Source: Actinomycetes bacterium (GTDB lineage: Bacteria > Actinomycetota > CALGFH01). Taken from it: 64,000 nt of DNA. A program made the position numbers and the translations under genes. The stretch spans positions 9,824 to 73,823 of the forward strand of contig DATFRI010000074.1 of assembly GCA_035263405.1 (NCBI GenBank). The letters run 5' to 3'. The notes beneath the pieces were generated by a model. That model saw nothing but the letters and a program-made list of their open reading frames with translations, was not told the origin of the DNA and ran no database searches. Numbering within the stretch: the stretch's first letter is position 1; every line of letters starts with the position of its first letter. Below are positions 53,101-63,003 of the stretch, piece by piece.

Positions 53101-55033
53101 CGCGCGCGAACGCCTCCTGGAAGATGTCCTTGACCTTCTCGACCTCCAGCGTGGTGTGGCCCTCGGCGACCAGGCCGAAGTCGTCGATCCAGCACTCCGG
53201 CCCGCCGAGCGGGTGGATCTCGAACGGCCGCTCGTCGACCACCTCCAGGCCCATGTCCTCCAGCAGCGGGACCAGCTCGGACAGCAGCGGCGGCCGGCTC
53301 GACCAGAACAGCTTGAAGCGGATCTGGTCGGCGGGCGCCTCCAGCGGGTGGTAGACGCACATGCCCGGCTCGTCCTCGCTCGCCAGGCGCTGCATCTGCA
53401 GGATGTCGGCGATCGCGTTGCGGGCGGGGAAGTCCTCCCGGTAGGCGGCGGGGAACGCGTCGCGGTACACCCGGAACAGCTCGTTGGCGCCCTCCTCGTC
53501 GAGCTGCTCCAGCAGGGCGGCCTTGAGGTCGTCCGCCCACGAGCGGGTGGCGCGGACCAGCCGCGCCTCGACCTCGCTGATGTCCTCGAGCGTCTGGCGG
53601 CTCAGCTCGGTCCCGCGTCGGCGCGGCCGCACGATCAGGTGGACCCGGGCCAGCACCGACTCCGACAGCCGCACGGAGAAGTCCGCGACGACGCCGTCGA
53701 ACGCCTGCGTCAGGACCGCCTCGATGCGCCGCCGGGCGTCGGTGTCGTAGCGGTCCCTCGGCACGAACACCAGGCACGACAGGTAGCGCCCGTAGGGGTC
53801 CTGGCGGACGAACAGCCGCACCCGCTGGCGCTCCTTGAGGTGCAGGATGCCCATGGCGATGTCGAACAGCTCGTCGCTGGCGGTCTGGATCAGCTCGTCG
53901 CGCGGGTAGGTCTCCAGGACGTCCAGCAGCGCCTTCTCGTTGTGCGAGCTGGGCGGGAAGCCGGCGCGGTCGAGCACCCGCCGGATGCGCTGGCGCAGCA
54001 GGGGGATGCCGCGCGGGCTGTGGTGGTAGACGACGCTGGTGTACAGGCCGAGGAAGCGGTACTCGCCGACCACGGCGCCGTCCTGGTCGAAGCGGCGGAC
54101 GCCCACGTAGTCCAGGTACGAGGGCCGGTGGACCGTGGAGCGGGAGTTGGCCTTGGTGAGCACCAGGATGTGCAGGGCGCGCGCCAGCTCCGCGGCGTCG
54201 GGGTTGAGCCGGGAGACGCTGGTGCGCTCGGGCCTGGCGCCGCGGTGGCGCAGCACGCCGAGTCCCGTCCGGCGGCGGGAGCGCACCTCGTCGCCGTGCT
54301 CGCCGCCGAGGTCGTACTCGCGGTAGCCGATGAACGTGAAGTGGTCGTCGCCCAGCCAGCGCAGGAACTCCACCGCCTCGGCCCGCTCCTCGGGGTCGAC
54401 CGGCGGCGGGTCGGCCTCCAGCTCCGCGACGATCTCGCCGAGCTTCTCCCGCATCGGCCGCCAGTCGTCCACCGCCGCGCGCACGTCGGCGAGCACCCGC
54501 TCGAGGTCGCCGACCAGCTCGGTGAGGACCTCGGGCTCGGTCTGGCGGTCCACCTGCACGTGGATGACCGACTCGGGCCAGGTGTCGTCGCCGGGGGCGT
54601 CGAAGGAGCGCGTCTCGACCAGCCGGCCGTGCTCGCGGCGCACCTGCATGACCGGGTGGAAGATCAGGTGGATCGTGAGGCCGTGGCGGTTCAGCTCCAT
54701 CGTCACCGAGTCCACCAGGAACGGCATGTCGTCGGAGACGATCTCGACCACGGTGTGGGTGGAGTGCCAGCCGTGGTCCTCCAGCCGCGGGCTGTAGACG
54801 CGGACCTTGAACTCGCCCGGCTGCCGGTCGGCCGCGAACGCCCACAGGGAGACCGCCGCGCCGTAGCGGTCGAGCGGGCTGAGGGCGAGCACGTCCTCGG
54901 GGGCGGCGCCCTCGTAGTACTCGCGCACGAACCGCTCGGCGAGGGCGGCCTCCTGACCGGGCAGCCGCTCGTGCAGGTGGCGTGCGACCTCGTCGATCGC
55001 CGCGGCCTTGGTCAGCTCCGACTGTCGAGACAT
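50141..55033 (-). CDS. NAD-specific glutamate dehydrogenase, large (~180 kDa) class
   Basis: ~1630 aa with the characteristic multi-domain architecture. The catalytic core is around GGAKGGFVVK and the N- and C-terminal regulatory regions are extensive. The proposed start MSRQSELTKAAAIDEV is the ATG at 55033. Confidence 0.95.
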   Translation of the reverse strand: MSRQSELTKAAAIDEVARHLHERLPGQEAALAERFVREYYEGAAPEDVLALSPLDRYGAAVSLWAFAADRQPGEFKVRVYSPRLEDHGWHSTHTVVEIVSDDMPFLVDSVTMELNRHGLTIHLIFHPVMQVRREHGRLVETRSFDAPGDDTWPESVIHVQVDRQTEPEVLTELVGDLERVLADVRAAVDDWRPMREKLGEIVAELEADPPPVDPEERAEAVEFLRWLGDDHFTFIGYREYDLGGEHGDEVRSRRRTGLGVLRHRGARPERTSVSRLNPDAAELARALHILVLTKANSRSTVHRPSYLDYVGVRRFDQDGAVVGEYRFLGLYTSVVYHHSPRGIPLLRQRIRRVLDRAGFPPSSHNEKALLDVLETYPRDELIQTASDELFDIAMGILHLKERQRVRLFVRQDPYGRYLSCLVFVPRDRYDTDARRRIEAVLTQAFDGVVADFSVRLSESVLARVHLIVRPRRRGTELSRQTLEDISEVEARLVRATRSWADDLKAALLEQLDEEGANELFRVYRDAFPAAYREDFPARNAIADILQMQRLASEDEPGMCVYHPLEAPADQIRFKLFWSSRPPLLSELVPLLEDMGLEVVDERPFEIHPLGGPECWIDDFGLVAEGHTTLEVEKVKDIFQEAFARVWHGDAESDGFNRLVLRAGLEWRQVAMLRAYAKYLRQAGITFSSAYMERTVAGNPRIARLLVELFAARFDPAGDRARAEVLTAGIEDALDAVDNLDQDRILRSFLTVIRATVRTNWYRTDAAGRPKPALSFKLDPEGIAQLPKPRPLAEIWVYSPRVEAVHLRAARVARGGIRWSDREEDFRTEVLGLMKAQTVKNAVIVPGGAKGGFVVKHPPEGGDRDALMREVRECYATFMRAMLDLTDSFVASPGPDRPDGRAAQVVPPPDLVRHDGDDPYLVVAADKGTATFSDLANSIAHEYGYWLGDAFASGGSTGYDHKQMGITARGAWESVRRHFREMGVDPQTQAFTVAGIGDMSGDVFGNGMLLSHHIHLVAAFNHQHVFLDPNPDAEAGWAERRRLFELPRSSWSDYDRELISEGGGVYDRAAKSIPISPQVRRALAIDGPAGALTPAELIRRILLAPVDLLFNGGIGTYVKAASEANADVGDRANDAVRVDGSQLRCRVVAEGGNLGLTQRGRIEYALAGGRINTDFIDNSGGVDCSDHEVNLKILLDGVVAAGDLTVKQRNELLAEMTDQIARLVLHDNHRQAQSLSVSESIATQTLDRHERLIRWLERHGRLDRRLEALPDAKALAERRAGRRGLTRPELAVLLAHAKNDLQARLLDSDVPEDPYLSVEVERYLPAPLQERFAERMHQHRLRREIIANNITNSMINRVGPTFVTRLREETGAEAPDVARAYTVAREVYDLRELWTDVEALDDQVQAHVQLAMLLDGRRLAERATNWLLRNRRQPLDVAAEVSAFAPGVSAVAQNLPKLLVGNDRELLDRRIGRLAAQDVPEELAIRVAALGPMLSALDIVEVATRAGRLVEEVAAVYFQLAARLDIDWLRRQITNLAGGGHWDELARAALREDLYVQHRGLAAAVVRQDADRDSPEALVDAWLDANQIPVRRCLATFEDLKASDTVDLAMLSVGLRELRNLVQTGTAVRSG

Positions 55034-55335
55034 GGCGCTCGTCCCCTCATCGGGCAGTCTCCCGCCGTCGCCGGACGTGGATCTCGTCGTGCTCGTGGGA
55101 CGCTCCCTTGCGTCGGACCGGACCCGGCGCGCTCGCCGCCGCCGGTCCCGGGCCTCATTGAAGCACCCGCGCACGCTCGCACTCCGTCGAGGATACTCGG
55201 GCGGCTCGTCGGGTTGGCGACCTTCCTCGCCGGCCGCGGGGGGCGGACCAACCCTTCGCGGCCGAAATGCGAGAATGTCGTTCCGACCCGTTCGTAGCGG
55301 AGCCGCTCGCGTGCAACCTTGGGGGTGACGGTCGG

Positions 55336-56673
55336 ATGGCCAGACCCACGATCGCCTCCTCGGCCGCGCGGCTGCTCACCGAGCACGGCCCGCTGGCCTC
55401 CGGCGAGCTCGGCCGGCTCCTGGCCGCCGCCGGGGTGGTCCGCGCGCGCGACCCGGTGCGTTCGGTCGCGCAGGCGCTCGGCCCCGACGCGCGCTTCACC
55501 CGCCTGGACGACGACCGCTGGGCGTGGCTGCCCGCCGTGCTCGAGGGGGCGGTGCTCACCCACCGGCTCAGCGCCGACGAGGCCGAGACCGAGGCGGTCC
55601 GCCTGGAGCCGGACCTGGCGCCGCTCGCGCCCCTGGCGATCGCGGGGCTGGCGCTGGTGGCCGGCGGCTCGCTGCGGCGCCTGGCGGACGACTGGCAGCG
55701 TGCGGCCGGGCCCGCGGGCTGGCTCGGTGAGGCGCCGGCCGGCACCCTGCTGGGCTTCCGGCTGCGGGACGGGCGCCTGGAGCTGGGCACGCTGCCCGAG
55801 GCCGGGGTCGGCTCCCGGCTGGCGGCCAGGCGGCTGGCCGCCGCAGCGCGGGCGCGGCTCGCGGGGCTGGAGCCGCTGTTCGAGCAGCCGGTGACGCCCG
55901 TGTGGCGGCTGGTGGTCGAGGCGCTGGCGGAGCTGCCGATGCTGCTGTTCGAGCCGGTCGACCCGCTCGGCGAGCTGCTGGACGCGGCGGGCCTGGAGGT
56001 CCGCGGCGGGCTCGTCGGCCACCACGGCACCGACTGGTCGTCGTGGGAGCCCGGCACCGGCCAGCACGCGGGCGGGCCGCCCGGCGAGGAGACCGAGCTG
56101 GACCAGGCTCGCCGCCGCCACCCGGGCGCGGGCGAGCGCGGCCGGCACCCGGCCGGCCGCCGCAGCGGCCATCCCGCCGAGGAGCTGGACGAGGTGGGCG
56201 CGGAGGCGCTCGCCATCGCCGTGGGCGCGTTCGCGCTGTTCACCCAGGAGGGCCAGGTGCCGTCCGGCGCGGACGCCGAGGGCCTGGCCCGGGTGCTGAG
56301 CTACCCGCGCGTGGCGGAGGCGCTCGCGGCCGAGGCCGGCAGGGACCCCTCGCTCGAGCAGTTCCTGGAGCCGGTCGCCGTGGCGGCCGGCGGCGGCCGG
56401 GCCGCGGCCGCGCCGTGCTTCCTGCTGGCCGTGTGCGCCGAGGCCCGCGGCGAGCGGGGACTGGCGGAGGAGCGCATCGCCCAGGCGCTGAAGGCGGACC
56501 CCTCGTTCGCCCCGGCGCTGCTGCGCGCGGCGCGCTACGCGGGCGAGCGCGGCGACACCGACGCGGTGCTCGCCCTGCTCGACCGCGCGGGCATCGAGCT
56601 GGAGCCGGCCGAGCGCCGGCAGCTCGCGCGCTTCGGCCACAACGGCCGGGGGTCCCGGCCGCCGCGGCCGTAG
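55336..56673 (+). CDS. Hypothetical protein (~445 aa). Ala/Leu-rich, possibly helical-repeat.
   Basis: Long ORF with high GC3 in the space between gdh and the DivIVA-like genes. No motif recognised. Start assumed at MARPTIASS. Confidence 0.45.
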   Translation: MARPTIASSAARLLTEHGPLASGELGRLLAAAGVVRARDPVRSVAQALGPDARFTRLDDDRWAWLPAVLEGAVLTHRLSADEAETEAVRLEPDLAPLAPLAIAGLALVAGGSLRRLADDWQRAAGPAGWLGEAPAGTLLGFRLRDGRLELGTLPEAGVGSRLAARRLAAAARARLAGLEPLFEQPVTPVWRLVVEALAELPMLLFEPVDPLGELLDAAGLEVRGGLVGHHGTDWSSWEPGTGQHAGGPPGEETELDQARRRHPGAGERGRHPAGRRSGHPAEELDEVGAEALAIAVGAFALFTQEGQVPSGADAEGLARVLSYPRVAEALAAEAGRDPSLEQFLEPVAVAAGGGRAAAAPCFLLAVCAEARGERGLAEERIAQALKADPSFAPALLRAARYAGERGDTDAVLALLDRAGIELEPAERRQLARFGHNGRGSRPPRP

Positions 56674-56900
56674 GCGCCGGCCGAGGGGCGCGGTGGGCGC
56701 CCCGGTGGTCCAGGTGGCGATCGCAGTATGCTTCTGCAGACCGTTGCGGGCCGGTAGCGGGCTTGGCGGCTTGCGCGTGGTGTGTCTGGTGAGCATTGCC
56801 GAGCACGTGCCCGGAGGTCGGCAATACCCTGGTTGCCTGCCGCAGCTCCGAGCGGATCGAGGCGGCACGCCGTGTTGCCACCGACAGGCAGGAGGACCTC

Positions 56901-57749
56901 GTGACCGAGTTCGACCCCGAGGCGACCACCGAGCTCCACCAGCCCGAGACGCCGCACTTCCCCGTGGTCATGCGCGGCTACGACCGCTGGCAGGTGGACA
57001 ACCGCTTCGCGGAGTTCACCATCCAGCTGGAGCGCGAGCGCGGCCGCGCGGAGGAGCTGGAGGACAAGCTCGGCGACGCGCGCGCGCAGCTCGACGCGCT
57101 GCGCGACCAGCCGCCGCCGTCGTTCATGCACCTCGGCGCCGAGGCGGCCAAGCTGCTGGAGCAGGCGGGCGAGTCGGCCGACCGGCTGGTCGCCGAGGCC
57201 CAGGACCGGGCCGGCCAGATCGAACAGGACGCCCGCGGCAAGGCGACGCAGCTCGTCGCCGAGGCCGAGCAGCGCTCCCGGGACCTCGAGGCGTCCAGCG
57301 CCGGCGTCCTCCAGCAGGCCCAGGACGAGGCCGAGCAGACGCGCCACGACGCGCGGCAGGAGTCCGAGACGGAGCGGGCGCGCGCGCACGAGGAGGCCCG
57401 CATCGTCCTGGCCGAGGCTCGCGACGCGACCAACACCGTCTGGCAGGAGGCGCAGCGCGAGCGGATGACGATCGAGACCGAGATCCAGCGGCTCGACGGG
57501 CTGCGCCGGCAGGTGTTCGCGCAGCTCGAGCGGGTCCGCAACCAGCTCGTCTCGGTGCTCGGCGACGTCATCCCCGAAGACCGGGGGCCCGGGGAGCTGG
57601 ACGCCGGGGCCGAGACCGAGGCGATCGGCGAGGACACCGAGCTGGACGAGCTGGACGAGGACGACGACATCGCCGCCGCCCGGCCGCTCAACGAGCGCCG
57701 GATCATGCGGGAGCGCGCTCGCGCGGCGGGGATGCAGCGGCGGGTCTGA
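56901..57749 (+). CDS. DivIVA-domain coiled-coil protein
   Basis: SD CAGGAGGA before the GTG. The N-terminal DivIVA motif FPVVMRGYDRWQVDNRFAEF is followed by a long Ala/Glu/Arg/Gln coiled coil and an acidic tail. Confidence 0.8.
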   Translation: MTEFDPEATTELHQPETPHFPVVMRGYDRWQVDNRFAEFTIQLERERGRAEELEDKLGDARAQLDALRDQPPPSFMHLGAEAAKLLEQAGESADRLVAEAQDRAGQIEQDARGKATQLVAEAEQRSRDLEASSAGVLQQAQDEAEQTRHDARQESETERARAHEEARIVLAEARDATNTVWQEAQRERMTIETEIQRLDGLRRQVFAQLERVRNQLVSVLGDVIPEDRGPGELDAGAETEAIGEDTELDELDEDDDIAAARPLNERRIMRERARAAGMQRRV

Positions 57750-57916
57750 CCGGATTTGGGTCCGGGGCGGCGGCCGGTTAGGCTTGCTCGGTCATCGGAC
57801 GCTTCGCCGGCGCTCCCCTCGCATCTGACCGAGCGGCCGCCGTCCGGCTCGCGACAACCCCGAGGCGAGACCCTGAGGCCCACTCCGAGGCCACCCTTCA
57901 GTCAAGGAGGTCCTGC

Positions 57917-58738
57917 GTGTCCTACCCGGACACGTCCCAGGCCGGCCGGCTCCCGCCGGAGCCCCTCCGGTTCCAGCGGCGCTCACCCGGCTACCGGCCA
58001 CGGGACGTCGACACGCGCCTGACGGACATGGCCATGCAGCTCGAGGCCGATCGCGCCCGCGCCGACAGCGCCGAGCTGGCGCTGCTGAAGACGTTGGCCG
58101 AGATCGCGGGGCTGCGTGACCGGCCACCCCCGGGCCTCGGCGACCTGGCCGCGCACAGCGCGCGGGTCCACCGCGACGCCGGGGTCACCGCCGACGAGCT
58201 GCTCCGGGCCGCCGCCGGGCGCGGGAGCCACGTCATCCGCGAGGCCGAGGCCGAGGCGGGGCGGATCCTGCGCAAGGCCGAGCACGAGGCGTTCGACCGG
58301 GAGCTGGCCGCGCGCGGGGTGCTCGACGACGCCGACGCCTGGCGCGTCAACCTCCTGGCCGAGACCAGGCGCGAGGCCGACCTGCTGGCCGCGCGCGCGG
58401 CGCGCGAGGCCGAGCTGGTGATCGCCGAGGCCAGGGAGGCCGCGATGATGGTCCTGGCGGAGGCGGCCCGCCGTCGCAAGGCGCTGCTGGACGAGCTGGG
58501 GGAGCTGGAGAGCATCCGGCGCGAGCTGGGCGGGTCCGTGGCCAGCTTCCACCGGCGGCTCGGGCGGGCGATCAGCCGCTTCGCCCCGGTCGAGGCCGAT
58601 CCCGCCGTGGTGAGCGGCGAGGCCAGGCAGGACCCGTTCGCCCAGCCCGCCGCCGGTCCCGTGGCGGACTCCACCGGGCACCAGCCCACCGAGGTCCCCC
58701 GCCCGCCGGCGCCGGACCTCGCCCACGCCACCAACTGA
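57917..58738 (+). CDS. DivIVA-like domain coiled-coil protein (second, more divergent)
   Basis: SD AGGAGG before the GTG at 57917. N-terminal FQRRSPGYRPRDVDTRLTDM (F..R..GY...DVD..L), then a coiled coil. Confidence 0.65.
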   Translation: MSYPDTSQAGRLPPEPLRFQRRSPGYRPRDVDTRLTDMAMQLEADRARADSAELALLKTLAEIAGLRDRPPPGLGDLAAHSARVHRDAGVTADELLRAAAGRGSHVIREAEAEAGRILRKAEHEAFDRELAARGVLDDADAWRVNLLAETRREADLLAARAAREAELVIAEAREAAMMVLAEAARRRKALLDELGELESIRRELGGSVASFHRRLGRAISRFAPVEADPAVVSGEARQDPFAQPAAGPVADSTGHQPTEVPRPPAPDLAHATN

Positions 58739-58882
58739 CGCGCCAGCCGGCTCGCGCGCCGCTCCCCGCAGGGGCGGCGCGCGCCGGTGGCCGCCCGCTC
58801 CGGGCCCGCCTCCTCGATCCCCGGCCTCGGACTCCGGCTGGCCGGGACCGTGTGGCCGTCGTAGTATTCGAACGTACGTTCG

Positions 58883-59824
58883 ATGACGGGCTGTGGTCGG
58901 CGGCTGAGCGAGGTGGTCTGGAGGATGCTGGACGTGCGGGAGCGGGCGGCTGCGCTCGCGCTGGCGGCTCGGGCCGCGCAGCCCTGGGCGGAGACGGCGG
59001 GCCTGATCGAGGAGGCGGGCGGCGCGCTGCGCGTGGTCACCGGGGACCTGGACCGGCTGGAGTGGTTCGACCGGGACGAGGCCGCCGCGCTCGGCCGCCG
59101 GGTCACCGCCGACCTGCTGGACGACTACAGCGAGCTGGTCGAGATGCTCGACGGCTGCGGGGTCCGGCTGGTCACCATCTGCGACCCCGCCTACCCTCGG
59201 AACCTGCGCAGGACCTGGGACCGGCCGCCGTTCCTGTTCGTGCGCGGCGCCCTGTCCGCCCTCGACGAGCGCGCGGTGACGCTGGCCGGCGGCCGGGGGG
59301 CCGGACGGGCGTGGCTGGATGAGGCGCGACAGCTCGCCGCCGGGCTCGCGGCGGGCGGGTTCACGGTGGTCGCCGGGCTGGCCAGGGGCGTCGGCGCGGC
59401 GGCGTGCGTCGCGGCGCTGGACGCCGGCGGCCGCGTGCTGGCCACCTTCGCGACCGGCATCAACCTGGTCGACCCGACGGACCTGACGGGGCTCGCGCAC
59501 CGGGTCCTCGGCGGCGGCGCGCACCTGTCGGCCCTGTGGCCCGACGCGCAGGCCAGCGACGCGACCGAGGCGGCGCGCGACACGCTCGCGGCGGGGCTGG
59601 CGCTCGGCACGGTGCTCGTCGACGGCGACGGCGCCGAGATCGCCAGGCAGGCCCGCATCTGCCTGGAGCTGGACCGCCCGCTGCTGCTCACCGCCGGCCT
59701 GGTCGCCCGCGAGCCGGCCGCGGCCGGCCACGCGAGGCATCCCGGCGTGGTCGTGGTGGACTCGGTGGCGCAGGTCTCGGCGGCGATCGCCGCCGAGCGC
59801 GAGCCGGCGTCCGTGGGCGGTTGA
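58883..59824 (+). CDS. DprA/Smf-like Rossmann-fold protein (divergent; the start is uncertain)
   Basis: GGFTVVAGLARGVGAAACVAALDAGGRVLATFATGINLVDP parallels the DprA block SGLARGIDAAAHRGAL..GG.TIAVLGTGLD.VYP. The conserved His is replaced by Cys. Confidence 0.5.
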   Translation: MTGCGRRLSEVVWRMLDVRERAAALALAARAAQPWAETAGLIEEAGGALRVVTGDLDRLEWFDRDEAAALGRRVTADLLDDYSELVEMLDGCGVRLVTICDPAYPRNLRRTWDRPPFLFVRGALSALDERAVTLAGGRGAGRAWLDEARQLAAGLAAGGFTVVAGLARGVGAAACVAALDAGGRVLATFATGINLVDPTDLTGLAHRVLGGGAHLSALWPDAQASDATEAARDTLAAGLALGTVLVDGDGAEIARQARICLELDRPLLLTAGLVAREPAAAGHARHPGVVVVDSVAQVSAAIAAEREPASVGG

Positions 59825-59863
59825 AGCTGACGCCGATCCGAGCGGCTGATCCCGGTGGCCCGC

Positions 59864-61177
59864 TCAGGACTGCCCGGCGAGCAGCGCCGCGATCTCGCGC
59901 CGGTCGTAGCCGAGCGCTCCCAGGATCGCCTCGGTGTGCTCGCCCAGCAGTGGCGGGGCCGGTCCCAGCCGCGCCGGCGTCGCCGACAGCCGCACCGGCG
60001 ACCGCACCTGCGGCAACGGCCCGGTCGGATGCTGGACCTCGGCGCGCAGCCCGACCGCGCGCACGTGCTCGTCGGCGAAGACGCCCTCGACGGTGAGCAC
60101 CGGCGCGGCGGGCACCCCCGCGGCCCGCAGCCGGCGGAGCCAGTGCGCGACCGGGCGCCCGGTGAGCGTCGCCTCCAGCTCGGCGGCGAGCTGCCCGGCG
60201 TTGCGCACCCGGCCGGCGTTGCTCGCCAGGCGCGGGTCGGCGGCGAGGTCGTCGCGGCCGAGCGCTTCGCAGAGCCGGCGGAAGTGGAGGTCGTTGCCGG
60301 CGCCGATCATGACCAGCCCGTCGGCGCACGCGTACGCGCCGTAGGGGGCGATGTTCGGGTGGTGGTTGCCGAGCGGCGCCGGGACCTGCCCGCCGATCAG
60401 GTAGTTGCCGGCCTGGTTGGCCAGCAGCGCGACCGTGGTCTCCAGGAGCGGGACCTCGATCCGCTGGCCCTGGCCGGTGCGGTCGCGGTGGCGCAGCGCG
60501 GCGAGCACGGCCACGGCGGCGTGCAGACCGGCCACGATGTCCCCCACCGCGACCCCGACCTTGACCGGCGGTCCCCCGGGCGGGCCGGTGATGCTCATCA
60601 GGCCGGCTCGGGCCTGCACCATCGCGTCGTAGCCGGGCAGCGCCGCGTCGGGTCCGTCGCCGCCGGCTCCGCGGATCGACGCCCACACCAGACCGGGCCT
60701 GGCCGCCAGCTCGACGTCCGGGTCGAGCGCCAGCCGCTCGAGCTGCCCGGGCAGGAAGTTCTCCACGACCACGTCGGCGCCGTCCATGAGCCGGCCGAGC
60801 ACCTCGCGGTGGTCGTGCCGGGTGAGGTCGAGCGCGAGCGAGCGGCGGCCCCGGTTGACGCTCAGGAAATAGGCCGCGTCGTCGCCCCGGAACGGCGGGC
60901 CCCAGTGGCGCGTGTCGTCACCGGTGCCCGGCCGCTCCACCTTGATGACATCGGCGCCGAGGTCGGCGAGGACCATCGTGGCGTAGGGTCCGGCGAGCAC
61001 CCGCGACAGGTCCAGAACGCGGACCCCGTGCAGCGCCCCCGCCGGTGCCGCCGCCCCGGCCGGTCCCGCCGGCGCCGGCCAGCCCGCCTGCCGCACCTCC
61101 GGCCACCCCCTCGCCTCGCGACGCCGCCTGCTCGTGCGCCGCACGGTAGCCCAAACGGGCGCTCGGCCGGTCGGCAC
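59864..61177 (-). CDS. CoA-transferase family III (CaiB/BaiF-like) protein
   Basis: GVRVLDLSRVLAGPYATMVLADLGADVIKVE and the central Asp loop. The N-terminal ~45 aa of the ORF are probably not translated (start unresolved). Confidence 0.85.
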   Translation of the reverse strand: MPTGRAPVWATVRRTSRRRREARGWPEVRQAGWPAPAGPAGAAAPAGALHGVRVLDLSRVLAGPYATMVLADLGADVIKVERPGTGDDTRHWGPPFRGDDAAYFLSVNRGRRSLALDLTRHDHREVLGRLMDGADVVVENFLPGQLERLALDPDVELAARPGLVWASIRGAGGDGPDAALPGYDAMVQARAGLMSITGPPGGPPVKVGVAVGDIVAGLHAAVAVLAALRHRDRTGQGQRIEVPLLETTVALLANQAGNYLIGGQVPAPLGNHHPNIAPYGAYACADGLVMIGAGNDLHFRRLCEALGRDDLAADPRLASNAGRVRNAGQLAAELEATLTGRPVAHWLRRLRAAGVPAAPVLTVEGVFADEHVRAVGLRAEVQHPTGPLPQVRSPVRLSATPARLGPAPPLLGEHTEAILGALGYDRREIAALLAGQS

Positions 61178-61502
61178 AGGGCGGTTGCGGCAGGTCGGGG
61201 ACCGAAGGAAAAAAACCGGCCCACGCCCGATGGCCCTCCCTCCACCAGACGCGGGCCGGCTGCTTGGCCCGCCTGCCCCCGCCGGGGGCCTCCGGCAGGG
61301 AGCGGGGCGAAGACCAGCTCCACGGGCACATCAAACGCGCGCCGGCTAACGCGCCACCAACGACGCCGATGTCCCGGGGTCCACGCCCGGCCCGGGCCGG
61401 CCGCCGGCTCGGTTCGCGGCCGCCCTCGGCCCGCCGGCGGGCCTGCGCCGGCCGAGCGGCCGCCGGTTGACCCCCTGCGCGGGCGACCGTAGCGTGCCGG
61501 CG

Positions 61503-62417
61503 ATGCGCGCGTTCGTCGTCTGGAATCCCACCGCCGGGGGCGGCCGGGCCGCGTCGCTGATCCCGGGCGTGCTGGAACGCCTCACCCGGGTGGGTGTCGA
61601 GCACTCGGCCCACGCCTCGACGTCGCTGGACGACGCGCGCGGGGTGGTGCTGGGCGCGGCCGCCGAGGTCGACGCGGTCGTCGCGGTCGGCGGCGACGGC
61701 ACGGTCGGGGCCTGCGCCGCGGCCCTCGCCGAGGCCGGGCCGGCGGCCCGGGCCGCGCTCGGCGTGGTCCCCGCCGGCTCGGGCAACGACCTCGCCGCGG
61801 CCCTCGGGCTGCCCAGGCACCGGCCGCTGGTCGCCGCGTCGATGCTGCCCACGCTGCCGCGCCGGCCGGTGGACCTCGCCCGCGTCGGCGCCCACCGCTA
61901 CCTGTGCGTGGCCGGAGCCGGGCTCGACTCGCAGGTCAACCGGCTCGCCAACCGGCTGCGCCTGCCCGGCGGGCTGCGCTACGTGGCCGCCCTGCTCGTC
62001 GAGCTGGCAAGGGCGCGGCCTGCGCGGTTCCGGCTGGAGCTGGACGGCCGGGTGCTCCAGCAGCGCGCCTGGTTCGTCGCGGTCGCCAACGGGCCGAGCT
62101 ACGGCGGCGGGATGCGGATCGCGCCGGCCGCCCGGCTGGACGACGGGCTGCTCGACGTGGTCGTGGTCGGCGCGCTCCCCAAGCTCGCGTTCGTCCGGAC
62201 GTTCCCCAGGGTCTTCTCCGGCCGGCACGTCGGGCACCCGGCCGTCGCGGTCCACCGGGCCGCCGCGGTCACGGTGCAGGCGGACCGGCCCGTCCCGGTG
62301 TACGCCGACGGCGAGCCGGCCGGCGAGCTGCCAGCCCGGATCGAGGTCGTCCCGAACGCGCTGCAGGTCCTCGCCACCCCCGCGGCGCCCGGCCTGACAG
62401 CCCCACCCGGAAGCTGA
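61503..62417 (+). CDS. Diacylglycerol-kinase-family lipid kinase (DAGK_cat)
   Basis: MRAFVVWNPTAGGGRA ... VVAVGGDGTVGA ... GVVPAGSGNDLA motifs. Confidence 0.85.
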   Translation: MRAFVVWNPTAGGGRAASLIPGVLERLTRVGVEHSAHASTSLDDARGVVLGAAAEVDAVVAVGGDGTVGACAAALAEAGPAARAALGVVPAGSGNDLAAALGLPRHRPLVAASMLPTLPRRPVDLARVGAHRYLCVAGAGLDSQVNRLANRLRLPGGLRYVAALLVELARARPARFRLELDGRVLQQRAWFVAVANGPSYGGGMRIAPAARLDDGLLDVVVVGALPKLAFVRTFPRVFSGRHVGHPAVAVHRAAAVTVQADRPVPVYADGEPAGELPARIEVVPNALQVLATPAAPGLTAPPGS

Positions 62418-62445
62418 GCACGGCGCAGGCGGCAGGAGGCGCATC

Positions 62446-63003
62446 ATGGCCAAGCTGATCTACTCGGCGATCTGCTCGCTCGACGGCTACGTCGCCGACG
62501 CGGACGGCAACTTCGACTGGGCCGCGCCGGACGAGGAGGTGCACGCCTTCGTCAACGACCTCGAGCGGCCGGTCGGCACCTACCTCTACGGGCGCCGGAT
62601 GTACGAGGTGCTGGCCGCGTGGGAGACCGTGGACACCCGTGGCGACCGGCGATCCGTGCAGGACTACGCGGAGATCTGGCGCGCGGCGGACAAGATCGTG
62701 TACTCCACGACGCTGGCGACGGCGGCGAGCGCCAGGACCCGGATCGAGCGACGCTTCGACCCCGAAGCGGTCCGGCGGCTGAAGGCGCGGGGGGGACGGG
62801 ACCTCTCGGTGGGCGGTCCGGATCTCGCCGCGCAGGCGATCAGGGCCGGCCTGGTCGACGAGTGCCACCTGCTGCTGGTGCCCGTGGTGGTGGGCGGCGG
62901 CACCCCCTCCCTCCCCGACGGCGTCCGCCTGCGGCTGGAGCTGCTGGACGAGCGCCGCTTCGGCAACGGCACGGTGCACCTCCACTACCGCATCCTGACC
63001 TGA
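62446..63003 (+). CDS. Dihydrofolate reductase-family (RibD_C-like) protein
   Basis: 185 aa. MAKLIYSAICSLDGYVADADGNFDW is typical of the RibD C-terminal / DHFR-like family. Confidence 0.85.
   Translation: MAKLIYSAICSLDGYVADADGNFDWAAPDEEVHAFVNDLERPVGTYLYGRRMYEVLAAWETVDTRGDRRSVQDYAEIWRAADKIVYSTTLATAASARTRIERRFDPEAVRRLKARGGRDLSVGGPDLAAQAIRAGLVDECHLLLVPVVVGGGTPSLPDGVRLRLELLDERRFGNGTVHLHYRILT

Noticed and set aside
50816-55297. 1493-aa plus-strand ORF antisense to gdh
   Set aside because: Shadow of the large NAD-GDH gene. Its composition is Gly/Val/Arg-rich and without motifs.
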